Positions 54,033 through 64,000 of a stretch of DNA of 64,000 nt are shown here, in pieces (position 1 is the first letter of the stretch; each line of letters starts with the position of its first letter). This DNA is from an uncultured Candidatus Binatia bacterium (GTDB taxonomy: Bacteria; Desulfobacterota; Binatia; UBA9968; JAJDTQ01): the NCBI GenBank assembly GCA_965213675.1, contig OZ243916.1, positions 3,456,001-3,520,000 of the forward strand, written 5' to 3'. The notes under the pieces were generated by a model that saw only the letters and a list, made by a program, of their open reading frames with translations, did not search any database and was not told the DNA's origin. Made by a program: the position numbers and the translations under genes.

Positions 54033-54203
54033 CCCTGGCTTGGACGACCTCGGGTCCATCTCACGGTCCCCGATTCCACCGAAGCTTGCGGGCGGCGTGC
54101 CGTAACGGCGGCAGTTCCCCTTCGCGGCGCAGGCGGAAGCGTTCGGCGCTCGTCTTCGGTTGACATACGGAGCCCCATATATTAATCGTTCTTCCCATTC
54201 TAA

Positions 54204-54554
54204 GTGGCTTCAGAACATCCAAAATCCGACCTTGAGTCGACGGAAGCGGAAGTGGAACGGCTTGCCGAGCGCATTGGCCGGTTGATTCGATCCGTCGATC
54301 CGGAGAAGCGGGAGGATCTGAAGGAACTGGCCTTCTCGCTGGTGCGTGAGGAGTTGATCCGGGGCGAGGAGCCGCAACGGGAAGCGATTGGGTCCACCCC
54401 GGCGCCGATGAATCCCCTGGGCGCGGGGGTGCTGTTTTTCGTACTGGGGGCGGGACTTTCCTTCGTGTTCGGTCCGGTGGGTTTGGCGTTGATGGCGGGC
54501 GGCCTGTTCTTCATGGTCTGGGGGGCCGCCATTAGCTGGTTCAAAAGGAAGTAG
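54204..54554 (+). CDS. Hypothetical membrane protein (two C-terminal TM helices)
   Basis: Charged helical N-terminus, hydrophobic hairpin; ends 7 nt before the Rieske gene. Confidence 0.7.
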   Translation: MASEHPKSDLESTEAEVERLAERIGRLIRSVDPEKREDLKELAFSLVREELIRGEEPQREAIGSTPAPMNPLGAGVLFFVLGAGLSFVFGPVGLALMAGGLFFMVWGAAISWFKRK

Positions 54555-54561
54555 GGGCGCG

Positions 54562-55086
54562 ATGGCTACGAGCGAGAAACGGAAAGTTGAGCGAGGCATC
54601 TGGAGCCGACGGGACTTCTTCGGCCGCCTCGGCTGGCTGGGGTTCGGGGTGTTCTCCTTGGTGTCCCTTCTCGGTTTTGTGCGTTCCGCGTTTCCGCGGG
54701 TGCTTTTCAAGCCTCCGTCGACGTTCAAGGCCGGTTTCCCAACCGACTACGCCATCGGCGAGGTGAGCGAGAAGTTCAAAAAGGAGTTCCGCGTGTGGAT
54801 CGTGCGCGAGGACGTGGGTTTCTACGCGGTCTCCTCCGAGTGTACCCATCTGGGATGCACCCCGCGCTGGCTCTCCGCGGAAAGCAAATTCAAGTGTCCC
54901 TGCCATGGAAGCGGCTTCTTCAAGACGGGGTTGAACTTCGAGGGGCCGGCGCCGAGGCCGCTGGACCGCTTCGAGATCGCCGTGGCGGAAGACGGACAAC
55001 TGGTGGTGGACAAAGCGAAGAAGTTCCGCATGGCGCCGGGCGGCGAGCCCGATGAACAGCATCCCGACAGTATTCTCAAGGTCTGA
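54562..55086 (+). CDS. Rieske iron-sulfur subunit of quinol:cytochrome c oxidoreductase
   Basis: Tat motif SRRDFF, CTHLGC, CPCHGS, GPAPRPL. Confidence 0.95.
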   Translation: MATSEKRKVERGIWSRRDFFGRLGWLGFGVFSLVSLLGFVRSAFPRVLFKPPSTFKAGFPTDYAIGEVSEKFKKEFRVWIVREDVGFYAVSSECTHLGCTPRWLSAESKFKCPCHGSGFFKTGLNFEGPAPRPLDRFEIAVAEDGQLVVDKAKKFRMAPGGEPDEQHPDSILKV

Positions 55087-55094
55087 GACGGATC

Positions 55095-55865
55095 ATGATC
55101 AACCTGGAACAGCTCAAGAAGGACATTGTGGAGAGCCAGGTCTGGAAGTCGATCTTCCGGCATGGCTACGAGGACACGCCGCGGAACCGTGTGCTCATGG
55201 TGACGGGCAACGTGTGGATGCACCTGCATCCCGCCAAGGTGCGCAAGCACGCCGTGCGCATGCGGTTTACCTGGTGCATGGGGGGACTCACGTTTCTGAT
55301 GTTCCTGCTCACGGTGGTGACCGGCATCTACCTGATGTTCTACTACCGGCCGGTGCCGCAGTATGCGTACGCGGACATGAAGTACCTGGAGTTCGACATG
55401 CCCTTCGGCATGCTCATGCGCAACATGCACCGGTGGGCAGCCCACGCCATGGTCATCTTCGTGTGGCTGCACATGTTCCGGGTCTTCCTCACCGGTTCCT
55501 ACAAGCCGCCCCGCGAGTTCAACTGGATCGTCGGGGTGCTGCTGCTGGTGCTCACCCTGCTTTTGAGCTTCACCGGTTACCTCCTTCCGTGGGACCAACT
55601 CGCCATCTGGGCCGTCACCGTGGGCGCGAACATGGCCCGGGCCACGCCGTTGCTGGGGCATGAGGGCCCCTTCGCCGAGTTCGTCGGGGCCAACCCGATC
55701 TACGACGCGAGGGCGTTTCTGTTCGGCGGCGGCGACATCGGTCCGCATACGTTGCTGCGGTTCTATATCCTTCACTGCATCTTCATCCCGCTGGTGGCCA
55801 GCCTGCTCATGGCCGTGCACTTCTGGCGCATCCGCCGGGACGGTTTCTCCGGCCCTCCACTCTGA
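55095..55865 (+). CDS. Cytochrome b, N-terminal b6-like subunit
   Basis: WCMGG, HRWAAH, TGYLLPWDQ, helix D His pair 14 residues apart. Confidence 0.95.
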   Translation: MINLEQLKKDIVESQVWKSIFRHGYEDTPRNRVLMVTGNVWMHLHPAKVRKHAVRMRFTWCMGGLTFLMFLLTVVTGIYLMFYYRPVPQYAYADMKYLEFDMPFGMLMRNMHRWAAHAMVIFVWLHMFRVFLTGSYKPPREFNWIVGVLLLVLTLLLSFTGYLLPWDQLAIWAVTVGANMARATPLLGHEGPFAEFVGANPIYDARAFLFGGGDIGPHTLLRFYILHCIFIPLVASLLMAVHFWRIRRDGFSGPPL

Positions 55866-55915
55866 TCGCCTGTCCGTCGGCACGGTTTTATCGCTAAGGG
55901 AAAGGGTGCCATCGT

Positions 55916-56686
55916 ATGGCTGAGGCCGAGGAAAGAAGCCGGATCATCGTCGTAGACGACAAGATTCACACGTGGCCGCATCTGGTGCGCGGCGAGTTTC
56001 TGGTCACCATCTTCGTGATAGTGGGCATGACGCTTTGGTCGCTTCTGGTGGACGCGCCTTTGGAGGAGCCCGCCAATCCGGCCCGCACCCCCAATCCCTC
56101 CAAGGCGCCGTGGTACTTCCTCGGATTGCAGGAGATGCTGGTGTACTTCGATCCCTGGTACGCCGGCGTGGTGCTGCCCACCTTCATCATCATCGGCTTG
56201 ACGGTGATTCCGTTCATCGACATCAACGCCAGGGGCAACGGCTACTACACGTTCAGGGAACGCAAGTGGGAGATCCTGACGTTCTTTCTCGGCTTCCACG
56301 TCCTGTGGGTGGTCACGATCATTATCGGGACGTTCTTCCGCGGGCCGGGCTGGAACCTGTTCTGGCCTTGGGAACGCTGGGACCCTCACAAGGTGGTCGC
56401 CCTCACCAACGTGGATCTGCCCTATCTGGTGGGTCTGCGGGATTACTGGGTCCAGGCGGGCTTCGGCCTGTGCCTGGTGCTGATCTACTTCGTGGTTTCG
56501 ACGTGGCTGTTCTACAAGTGGGTGGTGTGGATCAAGGGCAAGGAGTTCATGATCCGGTGGGGCGCGGTGCGCTTTGCCATCACGTCCTTCCTGTTCGTCA
56601 CCATGATGGCGCTGCCGGTGAAGATGTTCCTGCGACTGGTGTTCAATATCAAGTACGTCATGGTCACCCCCTGGCTCAATATCTGA
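55916..56686 (+). CDS. Cytochrome b subunit IV-like
   Basis: APLEEPANPARTPNPSKAPWYF, PFID. Confidence 0.9.
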   Translation: MAEAEERSRIIVVDDKIHTWPHLVRGEFLVTIFVIVGMTLWSLLVDAPLEEPANPARTPNPSKAPWYFLGLQEMLVYFDPWYAGVVLPTFIIIGLTVIPFIDINARGNGYYTFRERKWEILTFFLGFHVLWVVTIIIGTFFRGPGWNLFWPWERWDPHKVVALTNVDLPYLVGLRDYWVQAGFGLCLVLIYFVVSTWLFYKWVVWIKGKEFMIRWGAVRFAITSFLFVTMMALPVKMFLRLVFNIKYVMVTPWLNI

Positions 56687-56853
56687 TGTTCTACGTAGCA
56701 AAGCTTGTTCAGGCCGTGGGCCTGGCCGCCGTGGGTTTCACGTTGTTCGTGGGCATCTTCCACGGCATTGCCATGGCCGAAGAGATCGTCATGACCCTCG
56801 TCGGCGTGACGGTGTTCTGGCTGGGGCGCGTGCTGGAGAGCAAGGCAGCTTGA
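56686..56853 (+). CDS. Small membrane protein (55 aa, two TM helices)
   Basis: TGATG overlap with subunit IV; MFYVAKLVQAVGL...FWLGRVLESKAA. Confidence 0.7.
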   Translation: MFYVAKLVQAVGLAAVGFTLFVGIFHGIAMAEEIVMTLVGVTVFWLGRVLESKAA

Positions 56854-56899
56854 CGCCAAGATGCGGATAGATTCTTCTGCGTGCTGTAAGGGAGCATGA

Positions 56900-59632
56900 A
56901 TGGCGGTTCGCGGTGTAGATCCGAATGAGGAGAAGAAGTCCTACGGGACGGTCTTTTTCGTAGGCTCCATCCTGCTGGTGGTAGTGTCCCTGTGGGCGAT
57001 TTTCGACGACAACATCACCAGGCGGGTGTGGAAGATTCATCAAACGGAGTTCATCCGCACGGACTACGAGCGCGCCGCCGCGGCGTTGGTCAAGGAGCAG
57101 GAGCGCCTGAACGCGGATCCAAAGTACGCGGATCTCCTGAAGCAACGCGCCGCTGCCGTGGAGAGCCTCGAGAGCGGGGAGCAGGGCGCGCGCCTCGCGG
57201 AGTTGAAGAAACGGCAGCAGCAGGTCGAGGTCGAGTACTTTGACGCGGATCAGGAGGTCAAGTTCGTCAAGAGCGAGTTGGACGAGGCTTGGTACGAGTT
57301 CGACCACGCGATCCAGTTGGGACAGGACGCGGGTCCTTACCGCAGGCGTATCCAGGAGCTGCAAGCCCAGCAGCGAGCCCTCGAACCGGCCCTGGTGTCT
57401 GCGCGCAAGGAGCGCGCCGGCGTCAAGGCAGAGATCAAGGAGGTCGAGAGCAGCGTCCAGAAGATCGACGATCAGTTCTACGCCATGGAGGGCGACAAGC
57501 GGAAATGGCAGCGCCAGATGGACAACGCCACGGTCACCGTCGGCCCGGAGGGCTTTCCGCAGTTCACTCTCTACAAGGTCCCCAATATTCAACAAGTGGT
57601 GCTCAAGGACTTCGACCGCAACAACTTCGACCAGCACGTGGACCGGGTGGACCGGTGCCAGTCGTGCCACATCGGCATCAACCGGAGCGGCTTCGACGAC
57701 TTGCCGCAACCCCTCACCACCCATCCGAAACGCACGGTGTTTCTCAGCGATACCGCGCATCCGCCGCGATTCTTCGGCTGCACCGCGTGCCACGACGGAC
57801 AGGGTGAGGCCGTCAACTCACTGGCCCAGGCCCACGGCAACGTGAAGTTCTGGGAGCATCCGCTGCACGAGGGCCATGAAGTGCAGGCCAGTTGCGTCAC
57901 TTGTCACATCAACGTCTCGGGCCTCGAAGGCGCCGGGGTGGTGGCGCGGGGGCAGCAGATCTTCGAGCAGGTGGGTTGCACCGGGTGCCACCTGGTGGAA
58001 GGCTACGCCGATATCCCCAAGGTCGGACCGAGTCTGCGCAAGGTCCAGGCCAAGCTCGATCCGGCATGGATGGTGAAGTGGATCGAGAACCCGCGGGAAT
58101 TCCGGCCCAACACCCGCATGCCGCACTTCTACTTCAAGGAAGACGAGGCGCTGGCCGCGGCGTCGTACCTGTGGACCGTGTCGAAGAAGGAAGCCGACGC
58201 ATGGCTCAAGGCCAGTCCCGCACCGGAGGGATACCAGCCCGGTGACGCCGCCATGGTGGAGAAAGGCCGCGAACTGGCTCGCTCGGTGGGGTGTCTCGGC
58301 TGTCACGGGTTCGCCGAGGATGAGTTCACCACCCGCGTCGGGGGCAAGGATCTGGTGCCGAACCTCAAGGACATCGCCGCCAAGGCGAACCCGCGCTGGA
58401 CCTACAACTGGCTGCTGAATCCCGAGAGCTACAATCCCGATACCCGCATGCCGAGTCTGCGCCTGTCCGACGACGAGGCGCTGGCGCTCACCACCTACCT
58501 CATGACGCTGGGCGAGAAGCCCGAACCGGACGCCGCCGTGGTCGCACGGCTTGAGAACCCCGCCAACATCGCCAAGGGCGAGAAGCTGGTGCGGAAATAT
58601 GGCTGTGCCGGCTGCCACGACATTCCGGGCATGGAGAACGAGTCCCGCATCGGCGTCGAGCTGACCACATTCGGCTCCAAGCCACTGGAAGAGTTGTTCT
58701 TCGGCAACGACACCCGCATCAAGCATACCTGGAAGGATTGGACCGACAACAAGATCCGCAGCCCGCGCGTGTACGCGACGGAGCGGGTCGAGCAGTTGAT
58801 GCCCCATTTCGATCTGGCCAAGGAAGACATCGAGGCGGTGAGGGTGTTGCTGCGGGGTTTCATCGAGCGCAAGGTGCCCGAGTCCTTCAAGGCCGACCAC
58901 TCCGAGCGGGCGCAGCAGATTCTCGCGGGTCGGCGCAAGGTACAGGAATACAACTGCATCGGTTGTCACGAGATCGACGGCATGGGCGGATACGTGCGCA
59001 AGTACTACGAGCAGAGCCCCACCCTGGCGCCGCCGGTGCTCAACGGCGAGGGCGAGAAGGTCCAGGCCAACTGGCTGTTCGGCTTCCTGCAGAACCCCGA
59101 GAACGCCATCCGGCCGTGGCTCCAGATCCGCATGCCGACCTTCGGTTTCGACGATCCCCATGCAGGCACGTTCGTGAACTACTTCGCCGGCCTGTCCGAG
59201 GTTGAGATTCCCTATGTCCACTTCGACGTGGCGCAGGTGCCCGAAGGCTTTCTTGAAGCCGGACGAATGCTCTATTCCGACGATTATTTCGAATGCGGCA
59301 CCTGCCACCAGCAAGGGGACAAGAAGCCGGAAGGGCCGGTGGAGGACTGGGCGCCCGACCTCAACCTGGCTAACCAGCGGCTGAACCCGGCATGGATCGA
59401 GGAGTGGATCCTTGACCCGCAGAAGCTCCAGCCGGGCACCAAGATGCCGGCGTTCTACCCGGGAGGCCCCGAGGACATCCTGGGCGGAGACGAGGGGAAG
59501 CAGATCGAGGCGCTGACCGATTACATCATGACGCTGGGCGCGCCGTCTGCCACGGCGGACAAGGCCGAAGCCGCGCGCGCCGCGGAACCATCGGAACAGC
59601 CTCCCTCTGAGGGTCAGACCAATCAGGGCTGA
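56900..59632 (+). CDS. Membrane-anchored octaheme cytochrome c with coiled-coil stalk
   Basis: N-terminal TM helix; eight CxxCH motifs (CQSCH, CTACH, CVTCH, CTGCH, CLGCH, CAGCH, CIGCH, CGTCH). Confidence 0.93.
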   Translation: MAVRGVDPNEEKKSYGTVFFVGSILLVVVSLWAIFDDNITRRVWKIHQTEFIRTDYERAAAALVKEQERLNADPKYADLLKQRAAAVESLESGEQGARLAELKKRQQQVEVEYFDADQEVKFVKSELDEAWYEFDHAIQLGQDAGPYRRRIQELQAQQRALEPALVSARKERAGVKAEIKEVESSVQKIDDQFYAMEGDKRKWQRQMDNATVTVGPEGFPQFTLYKVPNIQQVVLKDFDRNNFDQHVDRVDRCQSCHIGINRSGFDDLPQPLTTHPKRTVFLSDTAHPPRFFGCTACHDGQGEAVNSLAQAHGNVKFWEHPLHEGHEVQASCVTCHINVSGLEGAGVVARGQQIFEQVGCTGCHLVEGYADIPKVGPSLRKVQAKLDPAWMVKWIENPREFRPNTRMPHFYFKEDEALAAASYLWTVSKKEADAWLKASPAPEGYQPGDAAMVEKGRELARSVGCLGCHGFAEDEFTTRVGGKDLVPNLKDIAAKANPRWTYNWLLNPESYNPDTRMPSLRLSDDEALALTTYLMTLGEKPEPDAAVVARLENPANIAKGEKLVRKYGCAGCHDIPGMENESRIGVELTTFGSKPLEELFFGNDTRIKHTWKDWTDNKIRSPRVYATERVEQLMPHFDLAKEDIEAVRVLLRGFIERKVPESFKADHSERAQQILAGRRKVQEYNCIGCHEIDGMGGYVRKYYEQSPTLAPPVLNGEGEKVQANWLFGFLQNPENAIRPWLQIRMPTFGFDDPHAGTFVNYFAGLSEVEIPYVHFDVAQVPEGFLEAGRMLYSDDYFECGTCHQQGDKKPEGPVEDWAPDLNLANQRLNPAWIEEWILDPQKLQPGTKMPAFYPGGPEDILGGDEGKQIEALTDYIMTLGAPSATADKAEAARAAEPSEQPPSEGQTNQG

Positions 59633-59677
59633 TTTGGACAGTAGACAAGGGCCATGATCGCACAAGGAGATAATATA

Positions 59678-60385
59678 ATGGATCGCGGTTTCTCATTGCT
59701 CGTCGCGCTGATGTTCGCCATGACCGCAGCGCTGACACTCGGACTCAGTCCCACGGCCAACGCCGCCGGCGGCGCCATTTCCGGATCGGTTGCCTTCAAG
59801 GGCGAAGCCCCCGCGCCGAAGAAGCTGAAGATCACCAAGGACAAGAAGGCTTGCGACAAGCGGCCCAAGTTCGACTCGTCGCTGGTGGTGAAGGACGGCA
59901 AACTGGCAAACGTGATCGTCTATATCGCCGAGGTCAAGGGCGGCAAGGCCCTGGAGAAGAAAGCGGCGACCCTGGACCAGAACGGCTGCGAGTATCAACC
60001 GCATGTTCTCGCCGTGGCCGCGGGCGCCGATCTCACCATCCTCAACCCGGACAAGGTGCTGCACAACATCCACACCTACAGCAAGACCAACAAGCCGATG
60101 AACCGGGCGCAGCCCAAGTTCAAGAAGAAGCTCAAGGTGAAGTTCGACAAGCCGGAGATTATGGAAGTCAAGTGTGACGTCCACGGCTGGATGGCCGGCT
60201 GGATCTTCGTTGCCGGCAACCCCTACTACAGCATCACGGGCGACGACGGCGCGTTCAGCCTCACCGACGTGCCCGCCGGCAAGTACCAGGTACAGATCTG
60301 GCACGAAAAGCTCGGCACGCAGACCAAGGAAGTCGAGGTCAAGGACGGCGAGACCGCCAATCTCGACGTCGAGTTCGCGGGCTGA
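59678..60385 (+). CDS. Exported cupredoxin-like / carboxypeptidase-regulatory-like domain protein
   Basis: Signal peptide; HNIH..CDVHGWM; FSLTDVPAGKY..WHE; alternative start at 59654. Confidence 0.75.
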   Translation: MDRGFSLLVALMFAMTAALTLGLSPTANAAGGAISGSVAFKGEAPAPKKLKITKDKKACDKRPKFDSSLVVKDGKLANVIVYIAEVKGGKALEKKAATLDQNGCEYQPHVLAVAAGADLTILNPDKVLHNIHTYSKTNKPMNRAQPKFKKKLKVKFDKPEIMEVKCDVHGWMAGWIFVAGNPYYSITGDDGAFSLTDVPAGKYQVQIWHEKLGTQTKEVEVKDGETANLDVEFAG

Positions 60386-60406
60386 TCTCTGGAGCCGTTT
60401 GAAGTC

Positions 60407-60450
60407 AGAACGCCATGCCGACGTTGTCGCCGGCATGGCGTTCTTGTTTC
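60407..60450 (+). terminator. Probable intrinsic terminator of the respiratory operon
   Basis: 14-bp stem AGAACGCCATGCCG / CGGCATGGCGTTCT with T-rich tail. Confidence 0.55.
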
Positions 60451-60523
60451 GGAAACGTCATCCCCGCACCTGCCTCCACCCTCCACCCATCCCGTACCCT
60501 CTTCGTCATTTCGGCACCCCCTC

Positions 60524-60576
60524 CGTCATTCCCGCGAAAGCTTGCCCTCGACCCCGATCGGGGGCGGGAATCCAGG
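60524..60576 (+). repeat. REP-like GTCATTCCCGCG..GCGGGAATCCAG palindrome with internal insert
   Basis: CGTCATTCCCGCGAAAG[CTTGCCCTCGACCCCGATCGGGG]GCGGGAATCCAG between convergent genes. Confidence 0.6.
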
Positions 60577-60596
60577 GGCCGGGAGAAGGAGAGTGG

Positions 60597-61280
60597 CTAC
60601 ATCCCCACCCGGCTCTTGAAGAAGTTCCAGGCGCGTTCCATGTCCGGCGGCGGCAGGGCCTCCTTCTGCCGGGAGCCGGCGGCTTCCCGGGGGAGGAGTT
60701 GCGGCGTGCCTATCTGCATGGCGCCATAGAGCACCTGCGCCGCTTCCTCCAGGTAGATGGCCATCATCACCGCTTCCGGCATGGTCCTCCCCACGGTGGC
60801 CTGGCCGTTCCCCTGCAACAACACGGCGGCCGCATCGCCCAGCGCCGCCGCCGCGCCTTCGCCCAGCTCCCGGGTGGAGATGAGGTCGATGGTCCTGAAC
60901 ACCGGCACGCCGCCGCTGAAGAAGCTGCCGTGGTTGTGCACCGCCTCCAGGGGGGTGTCCGTTACCGAGAACATGTTGGCGGTTCTTGCGTGGATCCGGG
61001 TGATGGCGTTGACATCGGGTCGGGCGTTGAAGATGGCCGTGTGAAGCGCGGTCTCGAAGGATGGCGGCGCCGGCGCCTCCAGCACCTTACCCTGGAGATT
61101 GACCACCACCAGTTGTCCGGGCTCCACCAGTTCCAGGGCGACCCGCGGCGTGATCACGAACAGGTCCGAGTGCGGAATCCGCGCGCTCACGTGTCCGAAT
61201 CCCTGCACCAGGCCCTCACGGCTCAGGATCCTGGCGGCCGCGATGATGTCCTCGTTGAGCTGTTCGATTCCATCCGGCAT
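60597..61280 (-). CDS. Class II aldolase/adducin family protein
   Basis: GFGHVSAR, ETALHTAI..RPDV; usual HxH and NHG Zn ligands appear as RIH and GNG. Confidence 0.85.
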   Translation of the reverse strand: MPDGIEQLNEDIIAAARILSREGLVQGFGHVSARIPHSDLFVITPRVALELVEPGQLVVVNLQGKVLEAPAPPSFETALHTAIFNARPDVNAITRIHARTANMFSVTDTPLEAVHNHGSFFSGGVPVFRTIDLISTRELGEGAAAALGDAAAVLLQGNGQATVGRTMPEAVMMAIYLEEAAQVLYGAMQIGTPQLLPREAAGSRQKEALPPPDMERAWNFFKSRVGM

Positions 61281-61296
61281 GTTGCTTCCTTTCGAT

Positions 61297-62391
61297 TATT
61301 GAGAGCCGTAAAATATAGTGACATCGGATCAGAACGAGTGTATAGTAGTTGGCATGGGAAATCCACTTGGAGTTCGGCGGGACTTTGAAGCGTTGGAGCG
61401 GCGGCGAATGGCGGCGGGGAGGCTGTTGAAGCGAGGGCTGTCGGAGGCGGAGGTGGCGCGTCGGGTGGGAGTGCACCGCCAGTCGGTGAATCGATGGGCG
61501 CGGCAGTTGGCCGAGAGCGGCAGAGCAGGGCTCAAGCAAGCGGGGCGTGCGGGACGCAAGCCGCGACTGAGCCCGGCGGATGTGAAAAAGATCGAGGGCG
61601 GTTTGAAACGGGGACCGGAAGCCCTGGGGTACGACACGAGGCTGTGGACGGCCCAGCGAGTGGCCCACTTGATAAGGGAGAGATGTGGGGTCAGCTACCA
61701 TCCTGGACATGTTTGGCGGATTCTCCGGCAGTTGGGGTGGAGTTGCCAGCGGCCGACAGGACGTGCGTTGGAACGGGATGAGGAGGCGATCCGGCAGTGG
61801 AAGAAGAAGCGCTGGCCAGCGGTTAAAAAAAAGCCCGAAACGAGGGGCGGACCATAGTGTTTGTGGACGAGAGCGGGCTGAGCGAACGGCCGAATCGGTA
61901 TTCGTACCTGGTCGCCGCGAGGACAGCCACCGGTGCTGCAATATCACTTCAACTGGAAGAGTCTGTCGGCCATCGCTGGAGTCACGTGGTGGCGTTTCTA
62001 CTTTCGACTGTATCCGGGAGCCATCAAGAGTCCCCAGATCATCGAATTCCTGAAGCACTTGAGGCGGCAGGTTCCCGGGCCGTTGCTGGTGGTCTGGGAC
62101 GGCCTGCCCAGCCACCGGAGCCGGTTGGTTCGGGAGTTTGTTGCCGACACCGAGGGCGCGTTGGTCCTGGAACGGTTGCCGGCCTACGCCCCGGAACTGA
62201 ATCCCGTCGAATACCTCTGGGGATACTGGAAGCATCATAAACTGCCCAACTTCTGTCCCAAGGACTTCGGTCAACTCAGCCACCATGCTCGTCGTGCCCT
62301 TCGCCGAATGCAACGCCCGCCTCCACTCGTTACCGCATTCTGGAAGCAGGCCGACCTGTTCTAATGTCACTATACTATACGAGTCTCAATA
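61297..62391 (+). mobile_element. IS630-family insertion sequence
   Basis: TA at both ends; inverted repeats TATTGAGAGCCGTAAAATATAGTGACAT vs TATTGAGACTCGTATAGTATAGTGACAT (24/28). Confidence 0.93.
61354..62364 (+). pseudogene. IS630 transposase: HTH orfA + DDE orfB joined by an A8G slippery site, with an extra frameshift near 61899
   Basis: orfA 61354-61857; A run 61825-61832; VFVDESG, VWDGLPSH, YAPELNPVE motifs lie in two different frames. Confidence 0.85.
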
Positions 62392-62419
62392 GGCCGTGGC
62401 CGGCGTCGACCATTGCGCG

Positions 62420-64000
62420 TCAGCCACGCAGCCGGAAGTCAAACTCGGGTTTTCCGTCGATGGCCATCAGCAGGGGTGGAAGGAACAGCAGATCGAGGAC
62501 CAGCGCGAAGCCGAGGGTGAGCGCAACCAGGAGGCCGAGCATCCAACTGATGGCGAATCCGGACGTGGCGAACACCAGGAAACCCAGCACCAGCATCATG
62601 GGCGTGGTGAAGCACGCACCACCTACGGAATTGAAGGCGTAGCGCACCGCCTCGGGCGAGGGAAGGTCCTCGCGACGGGCCTTCAGATACTTGGCCATGA
62701 TGTGAATCGTATCGTCGACGACCGTGCCGAAGGCGATGGCGGTGACGAGAGATCCGGCCGGCCCCACCTCGCTGTATAGATAGCCCCACAAGCCGAAGGC
62801 CATGGCCGATGGGATGAGGTTGGGTACGAGGCTGATGAGCCCGAAGCGCACGCTTCTGAAAATCGCCATCAGGATCAGCGAAATGACGATCATGCCGGTG
62901 ACCGTCCCCCACAACATGCTCAGAGTGTTCCGTATGGCCAGATGGGCGAAGACGAGGCTGTACCCCGATGCCTCGCTCGCCAGGTCGGGCGCGTTGGCGC
63001 GGAGCCAATCCTGACCGCGCATTTCGAGCGCGCGCAGTTCGTCGGATTTCAGTCTGCGCAGCGTGACGGTCATGCGCGGCGCGGACTTGGCGACGTTGAT
63101 GCGGTTGTTGAGGTCCATGCCGAAGGGAACCGAAAGCTCGTAGAGCAGCAGATACTGCGCGGCAAGCCGGGAGTCTTCGGGCAGCCGGTAGAAGGCCGGG
63201 TCGTCGCCGTGCATGTTCTTGTTGAGGCGCTTCATGATGTCCGAGAACACCTGGACATGCGCGGTTTCCGGCTGGGCGCGGTACCATTCGGCGAAAGTGT
63301 CGACCTTGCGCAGATAGGCGGGATCGGTGATGCCGCCGCCACGTCCGGCGTTCAGGCTGTACTCCAGCGTTTCCACGCCTGTGACGTTCTCGATGACGAA
63401 GTCGGTATCGCGCCGGAACTCGTAACGCTTGTCCAAATGAGTGGTCCAGTTGTCCGTCAGCTCGACGCGGGGCACGCCAGCCACCAGGGCGACGGCCACT
63501 GCGGCCACGGACCAGAGCAGGGGCGTGCGGCGCGCCACCACGAAAGCGCCGAGGCGATGGAAGAAAGCGGAGCCCCCGCGCGTGCCCCACGCGCGCGCAG
63601 CGGCAGTACCGACAGCAACGCCGGCAGAAGCGTCATGGAATACACGTAGGCCACCAGCATGCCGACGGCCAGGATGATGAGGAAGGCGGGCGCGAGAATC
63701 CCCATATCGTCCTGGGCCGCCTCGGTCAGGACCTGGTTCACGAAGACATTGCCGGTAACGTGATAGGCGATATCCGGATGGGTTGCCCGGGTCTTGTCCA
63801 GGAGGCCGCGGAGATAGTGGTAAGTCTGGATCTCAGCGGCGTCCGAATGCTCGGGCAGGGTGAAGCTGATCACCAGTCCGGCAACGCGCCCGCCGTGGGA
63901 GACGAGGCGGCCCGCGATGCTGGGCTCGGCCAACGCAATCTTCCTGATCCGCGCGAGGTCTTCATCGCTGAGCGATTCGGCGCCGTCCACGAGCCGCTCG
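62420..64000 (-). pseudogene. MMPL/RND-family exporter, frameshifted and apparently internally deleted (5' end outside window)
   Basis: SLVPNLIP, GTVVDDTIH, LFLPPLL; frame change at the C run 63573-63577; first TM bundle reduced to GILAPAFLIILAVGMLVAYVYSMTLLPALL. Confidence 0.8.

Noticed and set aside
54160-54186. TTGACA promoter upstream of the Rieske operon
   Set aside because: The AT-rich patch suggests a promoter, but no -10 box lies at 16-18 nt and CCCCATAT is too close for sigma32 spacing
61297-62391. IS630 as the mobiliser of the 165-bp elements
   Set aside because: Its ends (TATTGAGA..) share no similarity with the element arms (CTAGTGT..)

Overview
GC-rich bacterial chromosome segment. 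Gene order (kdsB-pyrG-kdsA-kdsD-kdsC-lptCAB-rpoN-ptsN-rapZ-ptsH-metK-ahcY; xerC-hslVU-argBDFGH-lipoprotein-lysA-dapF-dapA-dapB) suggests a Deltaproteobacteria-like lineage (inference). Other contents: a peptide ABC transporter, a xanthine-dehydrogenase-family molybdoenzyme, a 2-oxoacid:ferredoxin oxidoreductase, Moco genes, a b6f-like Rieske/cytochrome b complex with an octaheme cytochrome c, an IS630 element and a degraded MMPL gene. Two things stand out. (1) A compact three-gene operon at 4783-7646 (minus strand) with its own near-consensus sigma70 promoter: an MqsR-like toxin, an MqsA-like antitoxin with a C-terminal tail ending in -AA, and a KGGVGR-type ParA/MinD ATPase-TPR protein in the position where TAC systems have a SecB-like chaperone. 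This is a candidate tripartite TA/defence system. (2) A family of ~165-bp intergenic elements (4 intact, 2 degenerate, one apparently nested) whose terminal inverted repeats differ between copies while a core able to form three tandem G.A pairs on one strand only is nearly invariant. All calls come from reading the sequence; no database searches were run.
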